A stretch of 64,000 nt of DNA from Octopus vulgaris (GCA_951406725.2 OX597819.1:30318001-30382000); one strand, 5' to 3'; shown: positions 24,890-38,825, counted from the first letter of the stretch. Translations and numbers: made by a program. Notes: a model not told the origin generated them from the letters alone.

Positions 24890-26631
24890 CCTACAAGGGA
24901 TAAACAGTTGAATATGGAGAGAGCAAGATTGTTAAACATGTCAACTATTTCAACCAAACACAAGGAAACACACCTCCATTTCGTATATCTTCTTTCAATT
25001 TCTGCTCTCTGATTACAGACATCCAATACAATAGCTCTCACCTACATTTTGTTCTCTAAAAAGGTACGTGTCTATTTTTTCTACAAGCGTATAACAATGA
25101 CTTCTTCCATACTTCTCCACTTATCTTTTATCTTCACTTTTCTTAAATTGGATATGGCTGCTATTAAGTTGTAGAACTTTGGCAGTACAGTTAAAAATCA
25201 TTTCTGCTTTACTTCTTACAAACAATTTCCCCGTAAATTCTTACAGGTTCATTTTTTTGGTGATGATTGAATTGTCAAACATTTTCTAACTGTTAAAGCA
25301 ATTCTTAATGTCAACTTCTTAATGCCTCTTCTATTTTTTTCCTAGCATCCATACTTACTGAGAAAATCGATTAAAACTTCTTCCCCTCTTTGTTCCCCCA
25401 TTAAAACAACCACTTGCTCACACAGCCGCCATATACCATTCCGCTAGCAACAAGGGAACTACAGGATGACAGTCAGCCAAAACTTCCCCTATGCTGTCTC
25501 TCTTCTTTCATCTCTTTGTGGGGTTAATTATCTTCATCTTTAGTTACAGTTTCTCATTAAAAAAACATAATACGCAGAATTGTCAGATTAATACAGTCGG
25601 GTGTTTTGAGGGAAATTTGGCTGCTATTTCTACCAGGTTTACCTACCATGTAGGCATCAGAACTTCATTTTCATTTTTAGATTTGCATTTCAAAGATTTC
25701 ACATAATCTTTTCCATAAATCAACTATCGTAAAAATTTTCTACCATGACCTCACATTTTCTATGTATTTGGGTGTAGCTTTAAAAGACGTGATTAGACAG
25801 AGGTCCAATAGAATTGAATGGACTGGCCGCTGGTCAAGATGTTCTTGCAACTCCAATGTCCCTCACTCCCTCCGATACGATCTACAAGTTTAAGCAGCTT
25901 CAATTTCCTATCAAACTCTCCTTTGCAATGACAATAAATAAGGCACAGGGTCAATCATTGCAAATAGTTGGTTTAAATCTCACAGAGCAAGTGTTCTCCC
26001 ACGGTCAACTTTACGTTGGATGCTCCTGTGTTGGCAGACCACAAAGTCCACATTTATGCATCAGAAGGGAAAACGAGAAACATTGCCTACAAAGAAGCGC
26101 TCCACTGAAAAGACGGCATTTCTTCACATCTTTCAAATCACCCCAGTCATCTGCCACCTCAAAAGCATCGTAGTCACCATGCCAGACAATGTAACTCAAT
26201 GACACATACCTTCATTCACTCACTATCTCTCACATCCACACGCGCAAGCACACACACACGTCCATTTCACATATCTTCTTTCGATTTCTGCTGTCTGCAA
26301 ATAAAATTTTTACCAATACAACTGCTTACAAAAATAGGGATTAATGTATAATTTCTTTCCATGTTCATAATTAAATAAATGTTTTAATGATTAGACAGAG
26401 GTCCAATACAATAGCTCTCAGAAACAGACTACATAAAAATTCTTTCTTCACAACTCCTGAACTGTTTTCTGATGGGGGGAGGGATAAATTTTCATACAGC
26501 TGGAGGCTTCAATCGAAACACGGGACCAAAAATGATAAGGTTGAGAAACGCTGTTATAGATTATGCCTAACCAAAAATGATCACAGCCACATCATCCAAA
26601 CAGACTGGGTGAAACCAGGCTTAACTGCTAG
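24890..26631 (+). mobile_element. Helitron remnant with RepHel helicase C-terminal fragment (25814-26100)
   Basis: QFPIKLSFAMTINKAQGQSL..VFSHGQLYVGCS are PIF1-type motifs. 3' end has the ctgggtgaaaccag hairpin then CTAG|t. Internal duplications. The 5' limit is approximate. Confidence 0.8.
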
Positions 26632-26704
26632 TATAATATATATATAATATATATATCATACATATATAATATATATAATATATATATTATAACATATATA
26701 TACC

Positions 26705-26937
26705 TATTTCTTTATTACCCACAAGGGGCTAAACACAAAGGGGACAAACAAGGACAGACATAGGTATTAAGTCATTTACATCGACCCAAGTGCGTAACTG
26801 GTACTTAATTTATCGACCCCGAAAGGATGAAAGGCAAAGTCGACCTCGGCGGAATTTGAACTCACAACGTAATGCAGACGAAATACCACTAAGTATTTCG
26901 TCCGGCGTGCTAACGTTTCTGCCAGCTCGCCGCCTTA
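26705..26937 (-). mobile_element. tRNA-derived SINE family C (Meta/MESC-domain-like); other copies at 32424-32600, 37385-37830 (x2), 40210-40302 plus 41497-41614, 48820-49800 (cluster), 55600-55760
   Basis: Head ggcggcgagctggcagaa..gagttcaaattcc and central gcctttcatcctttcggggtcgataaattaagtaccag. Confidence 0.85.
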
Positions 26938-27179
26938 TTATAACATATATATACCATCCTCATCATCATCATTTAACATCCGCCTTCCATGCTGCAATGG
27001 GTGAGACAAATATACACACAACAGGCTTCTTACAGTTTCTGTCTACCAAATCCACTCACAAGGCTTTGGTTGGCCAAAGCACTATAGCAGAAGGCACTTG
27101 TCCAAAGTGCCACACAGTGTAACTAACCTCAGAACTATGTGGTTGAGAAACAAACTTCTTATCAGACACTCATGACAGT

Positions 27180-27600
27180 GCCTATGTAGTTGATAATTTT
27201 TCATGATAATGAAAAAAAATCATCATTACTAGAATTGTTTGAATTTTCTTTCTTTCAACTCATCGCCATTATTTAAAACAAAAGATTTCTTTATTTTTCA
27301 CTAAACATTTTTTAACAAAAATGTTGCCAAAATGTAGGCTAAATGCATCCTCATCAAAATTTATTGAGATGGCTGACCTAAAGATGTTATTAACATGCCA
27401 TCAAATGAAACAAATTCACAACAAAGAGAATAAATGCAGTAACAACAACAAAGAACGGAAAATCAGTATTTATTATAACAACATTTGCCTCTTACAACAC
27501 ACATATGTAACAATTTTTCAACTAGGAGTCACATCGTAATAACAAATATGCATAATGCAAGACAGCGACACATAAAAGAAATTCATAAATATACTACACG
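27180..27600 (+). repeat. ~420-bp dispersed direct repeat, partner at 46790-47200
   Basis: Collinear similarity, also visible in ORF translations (CSNNNKE.KISI.YN..LLQH.YVTI.QLG). Confidence 0.88.
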
Positions 27601-27989
27601 GAGCGACTGACATTCAACAAAATAAAATGAATTCATTGGTTGAATACTGATTATGTAAGGCCTCATATCTAACTATGTTATATAATACATTCCAGAAAGT
27701 AACAATGATACTTCTTTTACACATTGATATGCAACTATATATTTCTGTAACACATTTCAGACAAAACATGCAATGAATGTTTTTATAAAGACGTTTTGTA
27801 GAGAGTGCAATGACCTGGATAACACAGTTACTCACACAGCAACGGCATACATTGAAAAGTAGGTTGCATGCACTCTAAAATATGGTGAAAACCAACTACA
27901 TACACAATATACTTTTGAGTTAATAATGGGGTTTATGTAGTTGCAGAAACACCTCATGTCTCTGGTCCTCATATTGTAGAACACTGGCA

Positions 27990-28540
27990 CATCTCTTACT
28001 TTCTGCTTCTCCATTCGCTAAATAATCTTGTCACATAGATTTTCTTCTAGCTACATCGTCTAAGTCTTTGCTGCTCCCATTTATGGTTCTGTCCACTTCA
28101 TTGTTCCACAACCACATCAACCTTTGTCTGGCCAGAACCTTGCATTAGCCACAGATTTAGTCTAACTCTCAGTACGTTGTCCTGCAAGAACTTCCTTTTA
28201 TCAGTTGCTTCAGTTAAAACTTTTCTAAATTTCTGACGGTTTAATAGATCTTTAAACTACTATATCTTTTTTCCAGACTGGTTTGTGCATCTGAATCCCT
28301 CTAGCTATAAGTCTGAAGTCACAAACCACTAGCTTACATCGAGATAGACAGCTGTGAATGCAAAGACCTTCACTGGTGAAGAATGTATAACCCATTTTCC
28401 AGAAAGGACAGTCAATCTTGCATGTGTTTCCACAGGACTGATAGGTGATCAGGCAAATGGTTAGTTTCTTCAAGTTAGTGTTGCAGATCAAGTCATTTGC
28501 ATCATGAAACTCCAACAGCCTGTACAGAATTTTGCCTCAG
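27990..28540 (-). mobile_element. Decayed RTE LINE, end of APE endonuclease domain
   Basis: EFHDANDLICNTNLKK..LITYQS..KID..KLVVCDFR resembles the APE motifs NTxF..TY..QIDY..DHxLV. Confidence 0.7.
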
Positions 28541-29352
28541 GCTAGCTGATACAAACACATACACAAGGTCATGTATAGATGGACTTTCTTCTCAATATTG
28601 ACACATGAATGTCTTGTTGAATCAACAAGATGGCTTACTTAGGATGCAAAGTAGCTAAGTATTCCAGACATGTACCCTTAACATAATTCTCAAGTAAAAT
28701 CAACATGGCAGTAAGTCAAGGCTGGATCCCTGAACTACAAGTACAATCCATCTGATGGGCTAGTACACAATTCTTATTTACTAAAACTCACTCAAAAGAC
28801 TTAGGTCAATCAGATTATAGTAAAGACATTTAGCCAATATGCTACACAGTGATATTGAACTAAGAACCCGATGATTGTAAAGTGGGTTTCTCAATCACTG
28901 ATGACATGACTGTGTCCATATATATTTATATACACACACACACTCACATAAACCACATGCATGAATATTTCACTGACTACATTCAGTATTCCAGCTATGA
29001 CCAACCCATTTTTTAATAAATTATATGCATGATTACTTTAGCCAGAACATTCAAAGACGTAAGAATCTGAAAGAGATTATATCCCAGTTATAGCAGATCA
29101 TGATCCATCATCCTCCTAATGTACTTATTCTCATTTTCTAGTCACATGGGTTCAATCCAATCCATTCAATTAAACACACTTTTCATAAACCTGACAGAAT
29201 GGATACAAGATGATTACAAAAACAAAACACCCTTAAAAGATGGAATAGTCATGTCTTGACAAGTGAAAGTTGACAGATAGAAATTATATGGTATCCTACA
29301 GGAAGAACTTCACTTGTTCTTCAATTGTAGATTTTATCAACCACTTTGTTAA

Positions 29353-29569
29353 CCCTTTAGCATTCAGATTTCTCTATCAAATTTAATGCTTATTTATTCA
29401 CACTGCTCTGAATTAATCATGTATTATCTCATAGTTTCAGTGTTCCAATGATATTAGTCTTTACTTTAATAACATTGTAGGGTAGGTGTGAAAAGCTAGA
29501 TCTGGCCAGTTTGAACATAAAACAGGTAGAATATTTGGACCAGGTATGGTTGGTTTAAATGCTAAAGGG
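29353..29569. mobile_element. piggyBac-type MITE
   Basis: TTAA|ccctttagcatt ... aatgctaaaggg|gtaa. Confidence 0.88.
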
Positions 29570-30935
29570 GTAAACATTACCAGATGCCTTGAGCAAAAGC
29601 CACTCTCTGGTAATACATTAGGTAATAATCTATGTTATAACTTAATTACTTCCTTCCACCAGTTTTGAAGACCCTAAAAATCTGAAATATAGTCATAGGG
29701 GTCACCCTTTCATCTAAAATGTTAATAGAAATCTATAGGTCAGATCAGAAATGCTCAAAGCAGAGTGTGATGGCTACAGAGAAGAAAAAAACAGGAAAAT
29801 CAAGTGGAATTGGTCAGAAAATGAAAATATCAACAAATGAAAGTTTTGGTTTAAAGAACTTTGAAAAATAGAAAACTAGAAAGATTAGCCATCAACAAAC
29901 ATATCCATAGTGAGTTGGAAAACTTTAAAGATTATTCCTGCAATTTGAAGACAAAAAAACATCTAAGAGTGCTTAAAATTTGAAGAAAAAAAAGGAAAGA
30001 AAGAAAAAGAAGAGGTCACCAATAGTGAAAATGTTGGAAAGCTAAGACAATGCAGGTAGGAGTTGATAGGTAGGTACTCATGATCTTCTTCCTCTTCATG
30101 ACAGATGATGGTGATAGTGATGGTGAGCAAATTAAATTTACCCACTCTCCTCTGTTTTATATTTGCTTCTTAGCAATCACTCTACAAGTTGTGGTATACT
30201 TTTCCCTCCTCTCTGAAGAAGGACGTTTGTCCAAAACATTTGGAAATGTCTCTCCTCATGACAAACATATCGTATCTTTCTAATATGTTATCTACATCTT
30301 TAACAAATTTACCTTAAACATAAGTGAGATAGGGATGAAATTCAATAAATATTGTTACAAAAATGTGAACATTTTTAGTAGAGTCTTTTTTATCTTCAGC
30401 ACTTCAACCTTTAACAGAATCTAAAATATTTAACTGCTTTAGAAAACTGGGAAACTCTTGTTTCTATTACTTTTACTTATTAAACTGTTATCCCAATATC
30501 TATTTCAAGTTCAGTATTTATTCTATCAGTCACTTTTTAGTAAACCACTATGCTACAGGAATAGAAACAAACCACTGCCAGTTGTTAAGCAAAGAAATAA
30601 GCAGAAAGACACACACACACAAGCTGAGTTTCTGCAGTTTCCATTACTAAATTTACTCACAAGGTATCGTAGAAGACATGTGGCCAAGGTACAGCGCAAT
30701 GGGACTGAGCCTAAAACCTCAAGATTGTAATGCAAACTTAACTGAAAACCATGCTGGCACTTTTTGTTTAATATTTGCTCTCTTTGTAATTGAGGTTTCT
30801 TTTGTTGATGTCGTTACTGTTGAGTTAGAATTTTAGCAAAACTAAAAATGTACATGAATAACAATAGAACAAAGGTTGTTTCACACAATAGCATGAGAGG
30901 AAACAGTTCAAGACTGACAGTAAAGTTAAGATCTC

Positions 30936-31450
30936 CACTTCATTCCCTGCAACTTGCTATTTTACTTTCAACTAAAATTAAAGTCTAGAATTTAGAGTAC
31001 AAAATAGACACTTAATTGATCTTTATATCAATAGTTATTAGAAGCCAGCATGGAAAGTGAGCGTAAAATTAATGATACACATGCATACACACTCATGTAC
31101 ATAGACACACTCTTATGCATACACACACACACATTCACAAGTATACCTGCATTTACATGTGCACATGCATACATTTATGCATCCACATATGTCCTCACAT
31201 ACACACACCTGTACCCATATAAGCACATATACATACGCATGCATGCATTTATGCCAGCATTAAAAGTGGACAGAAAAATGATGTTAATGACTCACTAACA
31301 ACTTCCCCAATGCACAAAAAGCAAAGCTAGTTGAAGGTAGGCTTCTAATAATTATTGACATAAAGATCAATTAAGTGTCTATTTTGTACTCTAAATTCTA
31401 GACTTTAATTTTAGCTGAAAGTAAAATAGAGAGTTGCAGGGAATGAAGTG
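30936..31450. repeat. Inverted repeat, ~111-bp arms, ~290-bp spacer
   Basis: 30936-31046 is the reverse complement of 31340-31450 with a few mismatches. Confidence 0.92.
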
Positions 31451-33369
31451 AAGGTATTACGTCTGCATATGTGTATGTCATTTTAAAAAACAAATAGAAA
31501 ACATGGAAGATAACCAACAACAATAGGGAAAGGGAGAAAAGAAGTAGAGGAGAGAGGAGGACATAAAGAGAGAATGAAGAGGGAGGAGAAGGAGCAGGGA
31601 TCAATCCTTGATAGCAGTCAGAACTGCAGACAATGGCATCAATTGTTTTCATTCAACAATAATTTTAAAACATTACAGACCAAAACACGGAGACAGTGGT
31701 AACATTACAACATTGGACTAGATGATGCTTTAATGAATCGGGATCACCAACTTATCCCCATGTCACATCCCACCATTCTGACTTCACTGATTCCATGGAG
31801 TCACCTAAACAATATAATTTTCATATGTTCTATCTATTTGCAAAATACCAGTCTCATTAAGAAAAAAAATTTAATTAGCTTTGCACCCACTTTTACTTTT
31901 CATTTGAATAAGAAGTGCCAAGCTTCAAAGACTGATAGAACAACATTATCTTTAAGACCACAGATCTGGCACAAATGCTTGCATTTAAGGTACTCAAGGC
32001 CAGGTCATAGAACTAAAGTGGCAGATGGATTAAATCATTCACTCATGAAGAAGCATGGTTCTTCTGAGAGGCTTCCATGTAATGTGTCCACCAAATTTCA
32101 TTGACAAGATGATCCAACTCAACAGTAAAAAGAGATGTTTTCCCCCAAGATGCTATGCATTGAGATTAGACCTTAAAACATGTCACAGAAAAACAAACTT
32201 TTAATCACACAGCCATGTCTGACCTCATTAAGAGAAAAACAGTAATTACAAAAGAGGATAAATGTTATTTGCAAACGAGCGACAGAATGTTGCTTTATTT
32301 TCTTCTCTATTCATTTTCAGTAATTAAAAATAATTTTCAATTGCCAAAAATATGCAGGGAAAAATATTGATGAGAAAATTTAAAGATATTTCATTATTTT
32401 TTCATTTTATTATTACTATTATTAAGGCAGTGAGTTGGCAGAATTATTAGCATGCCAAGCGAAATGCTTAGCAGCATTTCATCTGCTGCAAGGTTCTGAG
32501 TTCAAATTTTGCTGAGATTGACTTTGCCTTTCATCCTGGGATCAATGTGATTGACTGTCCCCCTCCCCACAAAAATCCAGGCCTTGTACCTATAGTAGAA
32601 AGGATTATAATAATAATAAAAATTATTATTATTATTATTATTATGATTGAGTGAGAGAGCAGTGCATGCCATCAAAGTGACACTGGGGTACAAATAAAGA
32701 AGCCCAATATACCCATCTTGACTACCTATCTGATAAGGGTACATCAGGCACATCTACCACAACCATGTGCGCAACATGGTGACTTTATATCAAGATGACC
32801 TTGCAGGTGGGGGCCCAGTTAGAATTTTCTTCAGGTCAAGTAGCTCATCCCATTCAAAGGGTTCCTGAATAAGGGTTGTTTAAGGATGATGAACGAAACA
32901 CCCATGTTTACAGAGGTGAATTATTCAAACCCCAAAGAATTCCTCTCAACACATGGCTATGATGCTCCCCTAATACTTCTGTTCGTCATCAGAGATGCAC
33001 ATATTGTCAGCCACCAAGGGGCATGCTCAATTAGTTATGGTCAAACAACTGACAAGCAAATCTGTGGTATTCAGCAGAATATTTGCTGTAGCCCTGGCAG
33101 TAATATTTCCAGTTATTGAATTTAGCATTTAACTGAGAATAATAATGGGTTTATTAAATGTAGAACAAGAGTAGGAAAAGAGTAAGAAGAGAAAATGATT
33201 GTGTACTGTATATGAAAAGTACTTCATGAGCCCATCTATCCAGAGATACAGTATAAAGATAAATATTGAAGACTGACACAAGCAAACATCAGTTGGTTTA
33301 AATGTCACTCACAGCATCAATTCTAGACATTAAGGAAGGTGATTAGTCAAAATGAATTCTAGTCTTCTA

Positions 33370-34658
33370 TTAGGTTGTCAAGTATGAAATTTGCAGTAAG
33401 ATATATGGTAAACTTTGACAGCTGCTCATTTTGTGCCATTATTATATTTTGACAATCTTTATTTTTGTTAGAAAGCTGACAGATCTATTTCTTTATTCTA
33501 ACTCATTTGGCACTTTATAAGTATTTATAAATCGTTTTTTTTTTTGTTTTTTTTTTGCTATTTTAGTTTAGAGATGGATAAGTCAGAAATTCGTACAGTT
33601 TTGAAATTTGAGTTCTTTCTTGGAAATACAGCATCACAGACAGCTCGGAATATTAATGGAGTATTTCATTCTAATGTTATTACACAGCAGACAGCATCAA
33701 ATTGGTTTGCAAAATTTCATTCTGGTAACTTTGACCTCACAAATGAGCAATGTAGGTGACCAGAAACAAAGGTGGATAATGATAAACTGGAAGCTACAGT
33801 TGAGTCAGATCCATCTCAAAGTGCCTGTGAATTGTTGTTGTTTGGTGTTAGCAAGCAAACAATATTCACTCACCTAGTTCAAATCAGTAAAGTGAAAAAG
33901 TTGGATAAGTGGGTTCCACATGAACTCAAGGAAAATCAGAAACAGCAATGTTTGGAAGCCTGCATTATGCTACTTTCTCGTCACAAAATTGAATAATTTT
34001 TTAATCGAATGGTAACATGTGATAAGAAATAGATCCAATACACACAACAGTAAACATTCGGCACAATGGCTGGACAAAGACAAGCCACAAAAACACAGTC
34101 CAAAAAGCAAAATTCATCAAAAGAAGCTGATGGTGTGTTGGTGGTCTGGAAAAGGTGTGATCCATTATGAGTTCATTAAACCTGGCTCATCAATCACAGC
34201 CAAAGTATACTGCAGCCAACTGGACCAAATGATGCAGAAACTTACAAAAAAACAGCCCAAGATTAGTCAATACATCCACTCCTATTTTATTGCAAGACAA
34301 CGCCAGACCACACATTGCAAAAATGACACAGGCGAAACTACAGAAGTTGGAAGTTCTCCATCATCCACCATACTCACCTGATCTTGCCCCCAACTAATTA
34401 CCAGCCACTTCTTCCAGAATTTGGATAACTTTTTGATAGGAAAAAATTTTATTCCGACAATGCTGTAAAACGCCTTCCAAGATTTTATAGACTCTAGATT
34501 GCCAAGCTTTTACAGTTCTGAGCTGGACAAGCTACCACTGAAATGGCAAAAGTGTATTGACAATGTATGTGCATACTTTGATGAATAAAAATATTCCTTG
34601 TATTTACAAAACATTAGAAAACTTTTCTTTTCTACAAATTTCATACTTGATGACCTAA
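33370..34658 (+). mobile_element. Full-length inactive mariner transposon; transposase pseudogene 33574-34587
   Basis: TA|ttaggttgtcaagtatgaaatttg ... caaatttcatacttgatgacctaa|TA, 1289 bp. Motifs WVPHEL and HPPYSPDLAP. Several stops and frameshifts. Confidence 0.95.
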
Positions 34659-35426
34659 TAATAACAAACAATTTTCTACTTGACCATTGTTTTCTGCCTT
34701 TACAAGTGCAAAAACCATCCAGCTTTGTCTACTCCTATTCACCAAATACTCTTCACCTGATTACCTTATACACTATTCATTCAAGTTAGAATCACTATTT
34801 TTATAACCAGAAACACACATGAAACTACTTTCAGAAAAGCAAGAAACAATAGCTGTACCCCAGTTTCACCAACAATCTATAGATAACATTTATCACATTT
34901 ATCTAAATGTATGTGAACTTTGTGACTAAGAATTTACTACTGATAAAAAAAAAACCAGATAAAGCGACAATTTTCTTTAGTCACCTGTATCAGTGCACAG
35001 TTCATACTATGCCACATAGCCATTTCATCATGCAGGTATGCACGTTGCACAGTAACACCTGTCATATGATCATCCTTTCTGTGCCACCATCCCATTGCAT
35101 TGCCAGCCCACATAAAGGGCACCTATGCCAGCTGTGCAAAGAGGGTACCCATGCAGGTGGCACATAGTGGGCAATTGTGCCGACAACACACAATGAGCTC
35201 CCAAGCCAGTGGTGTGTAAGGGACTCCCATGCCAGTGGAGCATAAGTAGCTCCTATGCAGGTGGCACATGTAAAGCACCCATACCAGTGACACATGAAAG
35301 ACAGCCAGTACTCTATGAAGTGGTCGGCATTAGGAAGGGCTTCTAGCCATAGAAACCAAGCTAAAACAGACGACTAGAGCCTGGTGCAACTCTCCAGCTT
35401 ACCAATTCCCATTTAACCGTTTAACC

Positions 35427-35627
35427 CAGTGCTTTTCAAACTTTTTGCTGGAGCAGAACCCCAAGGAAACATTCCACTGGCTCGAGCAACCCCTGTGCAA
35501 TAATTTAATAGTCTTATGTACACATATCTGCACAGGAGAATTAAAAATTACTGCTGATTTTAGCAGTTTTGTAACTTCTTGCGGAACCCCTAGACTGTAC
35601 TGGCGGAACCCTGGTTGAAAACCACTG
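35427..35627. mobile_element. hAT (Charlie-like) MITE inserted in an RTE tail
   Basis: TIRs cagtgcttttcaa / ttgaaaaccactg, ggaaccc subterminal motifs, degenerate 8-bp TSD. Confidence 0.8.
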
Positions 35628-36397
35628 ATCTAATCCATACCAGCATGGAAGACAGACATTAAATGATGATGGTGATATATTATAAAGCTATTCACATGTG
35701 TTAGGCATGCCTAAGTGGTTAAGAAGCTCACTTTGAAACCACATGATTTCAGATCCGGTTCTACTGTATCGTAGCTTAGACAAATGTCTTCTACAAAACT
35801 CCAAGCCAACCAATGCTTGCCTTGCGAGTGAATTTGTAGATCGAAATTGTGTCGAAGCACAACGTGTGTGTGTGTGTGTGCGCGCGCGTGCGTGCATGCG
35901 TGTACATATATACACATATCACCATCATAATTTAACATCCGTTTTCCATGCTGGCATAGGTTGAATGGTTTGACAAGCGCTGGCAAGTCAGAGGACTGCA
36001 CCAAGCTCTATTGTCTGTTTTGATATGGTTTCCACAGCTGAATGTCCTTCAACCATTTTACAGAGTATAGTAGGTGTTTTTTTTTTTTCATGGCACCAGT
36101 ACCAGCAGGGTCACCAAGCAACTTGCAAAACAAAGTCCCCTCAAGTGAGGGGAAGCAGTATTGAGGGAGGTAGCCTCGTGCCAGTTGTTGAGAGGTTAAG
36201 AGATAGGTGTCTTGTAGTAGAAGAGACATAAGGATACTCCAGTTGGAGATGAAGAAAATGAGAGACTTAGAGAGAGAGAGAGGATTAGATTGGGTGAGTG
36301 GGCAGGGGGAGGACAGAGGGGAGTTTTCATAAGAATATAAGGAGAGATGATTAGAGATGGGATAGAGGTGACTATAGTAAGTAATGGTGAAAGATTT

Positions 36398-36965
36398 AGG
36401 AGTGGCTCAGTGTGTCTGTTAGTTTATCTTAGATATGTGAGGGCATTGGGAGTGATAGAAGATAAAAGGTGTGTTAAGGATGGGGGTATAGTAGGGAAGA
36501 GAGGTAACAACTGGAAGAAGACAAGTAGGAATGAAAGTGATTCTGGGGGCGAGGTGGGGGAAGAAAGAGGACCATAATGAAAGCGGTGGTGTAGTATGTG
36601 CCTATTCTGCTCTCAGGTGATTAAGGTAGGTAAATAATACTGCCACAGATAAAGTGATGAATGTTAGGGAATGGGATGTGGATGAAAAGCTTGACGGTGG
36701 GTTGGGTGCAATGAGAATCGAGGTGGGAGTGAGAATGGAGGTTTGTGTGTGTGAGTATTTGTATTCATCCCACCACTGCTTGTGAACAGGTGTTGGTTTG
36801 TTTATGTCCCCATAACGTTATCAGTCCAGCAAAAGAGACCAATTGAATAAGTACCAGACTTAAAAATAAATATTACAGTCAATATGTTCGACTGAACCTG
36901 TCAAGGTGATACTCCAGCATGGCAGCAGTCCAATGACTAAAACAAGTAAAACATAAGGGATAAAC
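36398..36965 (+). repeat. 568-bp segment duplicated at 38257-38825
   Basis: Near-identical; I count about 3 differences. Confidence 0.97.
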
Positions 36966-38256
36966 GTATTCTACGGTCCAGAATAGCACTCAATAACTAA
37001 ATGTAGTTAACGCTGTAACTCATCTCAAGTGAGCTCAAATTGTATTCTTACAAGTGGTTGTATGTATGGAGAACATACAACCACTCCCTATAAACTCTTC
37101 AGTTTTCAGTCTCTAATACACTGCCATGGAAACTTATAACACTTCCTAATTGCATTCCAAAGGCTGGGTTTCCTTTTCAAAGGCAAAAGATACTTCAACT
37201 TTTAACTGCTATCTCTAGACAAAACATAAGCACATCACACATTAAAGTACTGTTCAGCCATCATACACACACCTATCCAGACCATCTACTTGATAAGATG
37301 TACACACATCACCCCCTCATCTTTATTTATCATTTTTGTCGTTTTCTTTTTTTTTTATTTTTAATATTTAAAACATTTGAAGACAGACAGCTGACAGAAT
37401 TGTTAGCACACCAGGCAAAATGATTACCAGCATTTCATTTAGCTTTACATTCTGAATTCAAATTCAGACAAGGTCAACTTTTCCTTTCATCCTTTTGGGA
37501 TCAATAAAATAAGTACCAGTTGAACACTGGAGTTGATGTAATCAACTTATCTCCACCACCAAAATTGCTGGCCTTGTACCAAAATTTGAAATCAATATTT
37601 ACAATGTTCATAAGGCAGTGAACTAGCAGCATCATTAGCAAGTCAAACAAAACACTTAGTGCCATTTTGTCCATCTTTATGTTCTGAGTTCAAGTTCTGC
37701 CAAGGTCAACTTTGCCTTTCATCCTTTCGAGATATATAAAATACGTATCAACTGAGCACAGGGGCCGATGTAATCAACTATCTCTCACCCTCAAAATTGC
37801 TGGGCTTGTACCAAAATTTGAAATCAATATTTCGAATATTTGATTAACCATACATTACTTCCAGTGTAATTAGAGATGCCGCAGAATCTATCTTATCCTA
37901 ACTCCAACATTTCACCTATTTCCTCTCTCACCTTTATGACCTCAACTCTCTCATCCTCTTAAGGACATCGTCAGACATGCACATACCTCATACATTCTGC
38001 CAATACTCTCTACTGGCCACCTGGTATCAGCAGCCATTGTTCACTCTCACCATTTACCCACCTCTTATTATTCATCACTTTCTTGTCCCTATCCTCTCTA
38101 AAGCTGGGTCCATGCAAAAATGTATCCAGTGAACACTGTGAAGTGGTTGATGTTAAGAAGGGCATCCTTCTTAAGGATGAAACCAACCCAAAATTGAACC
38201 TTACAAGTAACCTTTTGTCCTCCAACCTAAGAGACAGCAATTACCCTTCCAACCCA

Positions 38257-38825
38257 AGGAGTGGCTCAGTGTGTCCGTTAGTTTATCTTAGATATGTGAG
38301 GGCATTGGGAGTGATAGAAGATAAAAGGTGTGTTAAGGATGGGGGTATAGTAGGGAAGAGAGGTAACAACTGGAAGAAGACAAGTAGGAATGAAAGTGAT
38401 TCTGGGGGCGAGGTGGGGGAAGAAAGAGGACCATAATGAAAGCGGTGGTGTAGTATGTGCCTATTCTGCTCTCAGGTGATTAAGGTAGGTAAATAATACT
38501 GCCACAGATAAAGTGATGAATGTTAGGGAATGGGATGTGGATGAAAAGCTTGACGGTGGGTTGGGTGCAATGAGAATCGAGGTGGGGAGTGAGAATGGAG
38601 GTTTGTGTGTGTGAGTATTTGTATTCATCCCACCACTGCTTGTGAACAGGTGTTGGTTTGTTTATGTCCCCATAACGTTATCAGTCCAGCAAAAGAGACC
38701 AATGGAATAAGTACCAGACTTAAAAATAAATATTACAGTCAATATGTTCGACTGAACCTGTCAAGGTGATACTCCAGCATGGCAGCAGTCCAATGACTAA
38801 AACAAGTAAAACATAAGGGATAAAC
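38257..38825 (+). repeat. Second copy of 36398-36965
   Basis: Splits an RTE tail motif: ccaaccca|...|catggaaagcagatg. Confidence 0.97.

Noticed and set aside
32645-33095. Repeat-like GC-moderate segment
   Set aside because: Single copy in this window with no diagnostic termini or coding motif, so it cannot be classified from the sequence alone.
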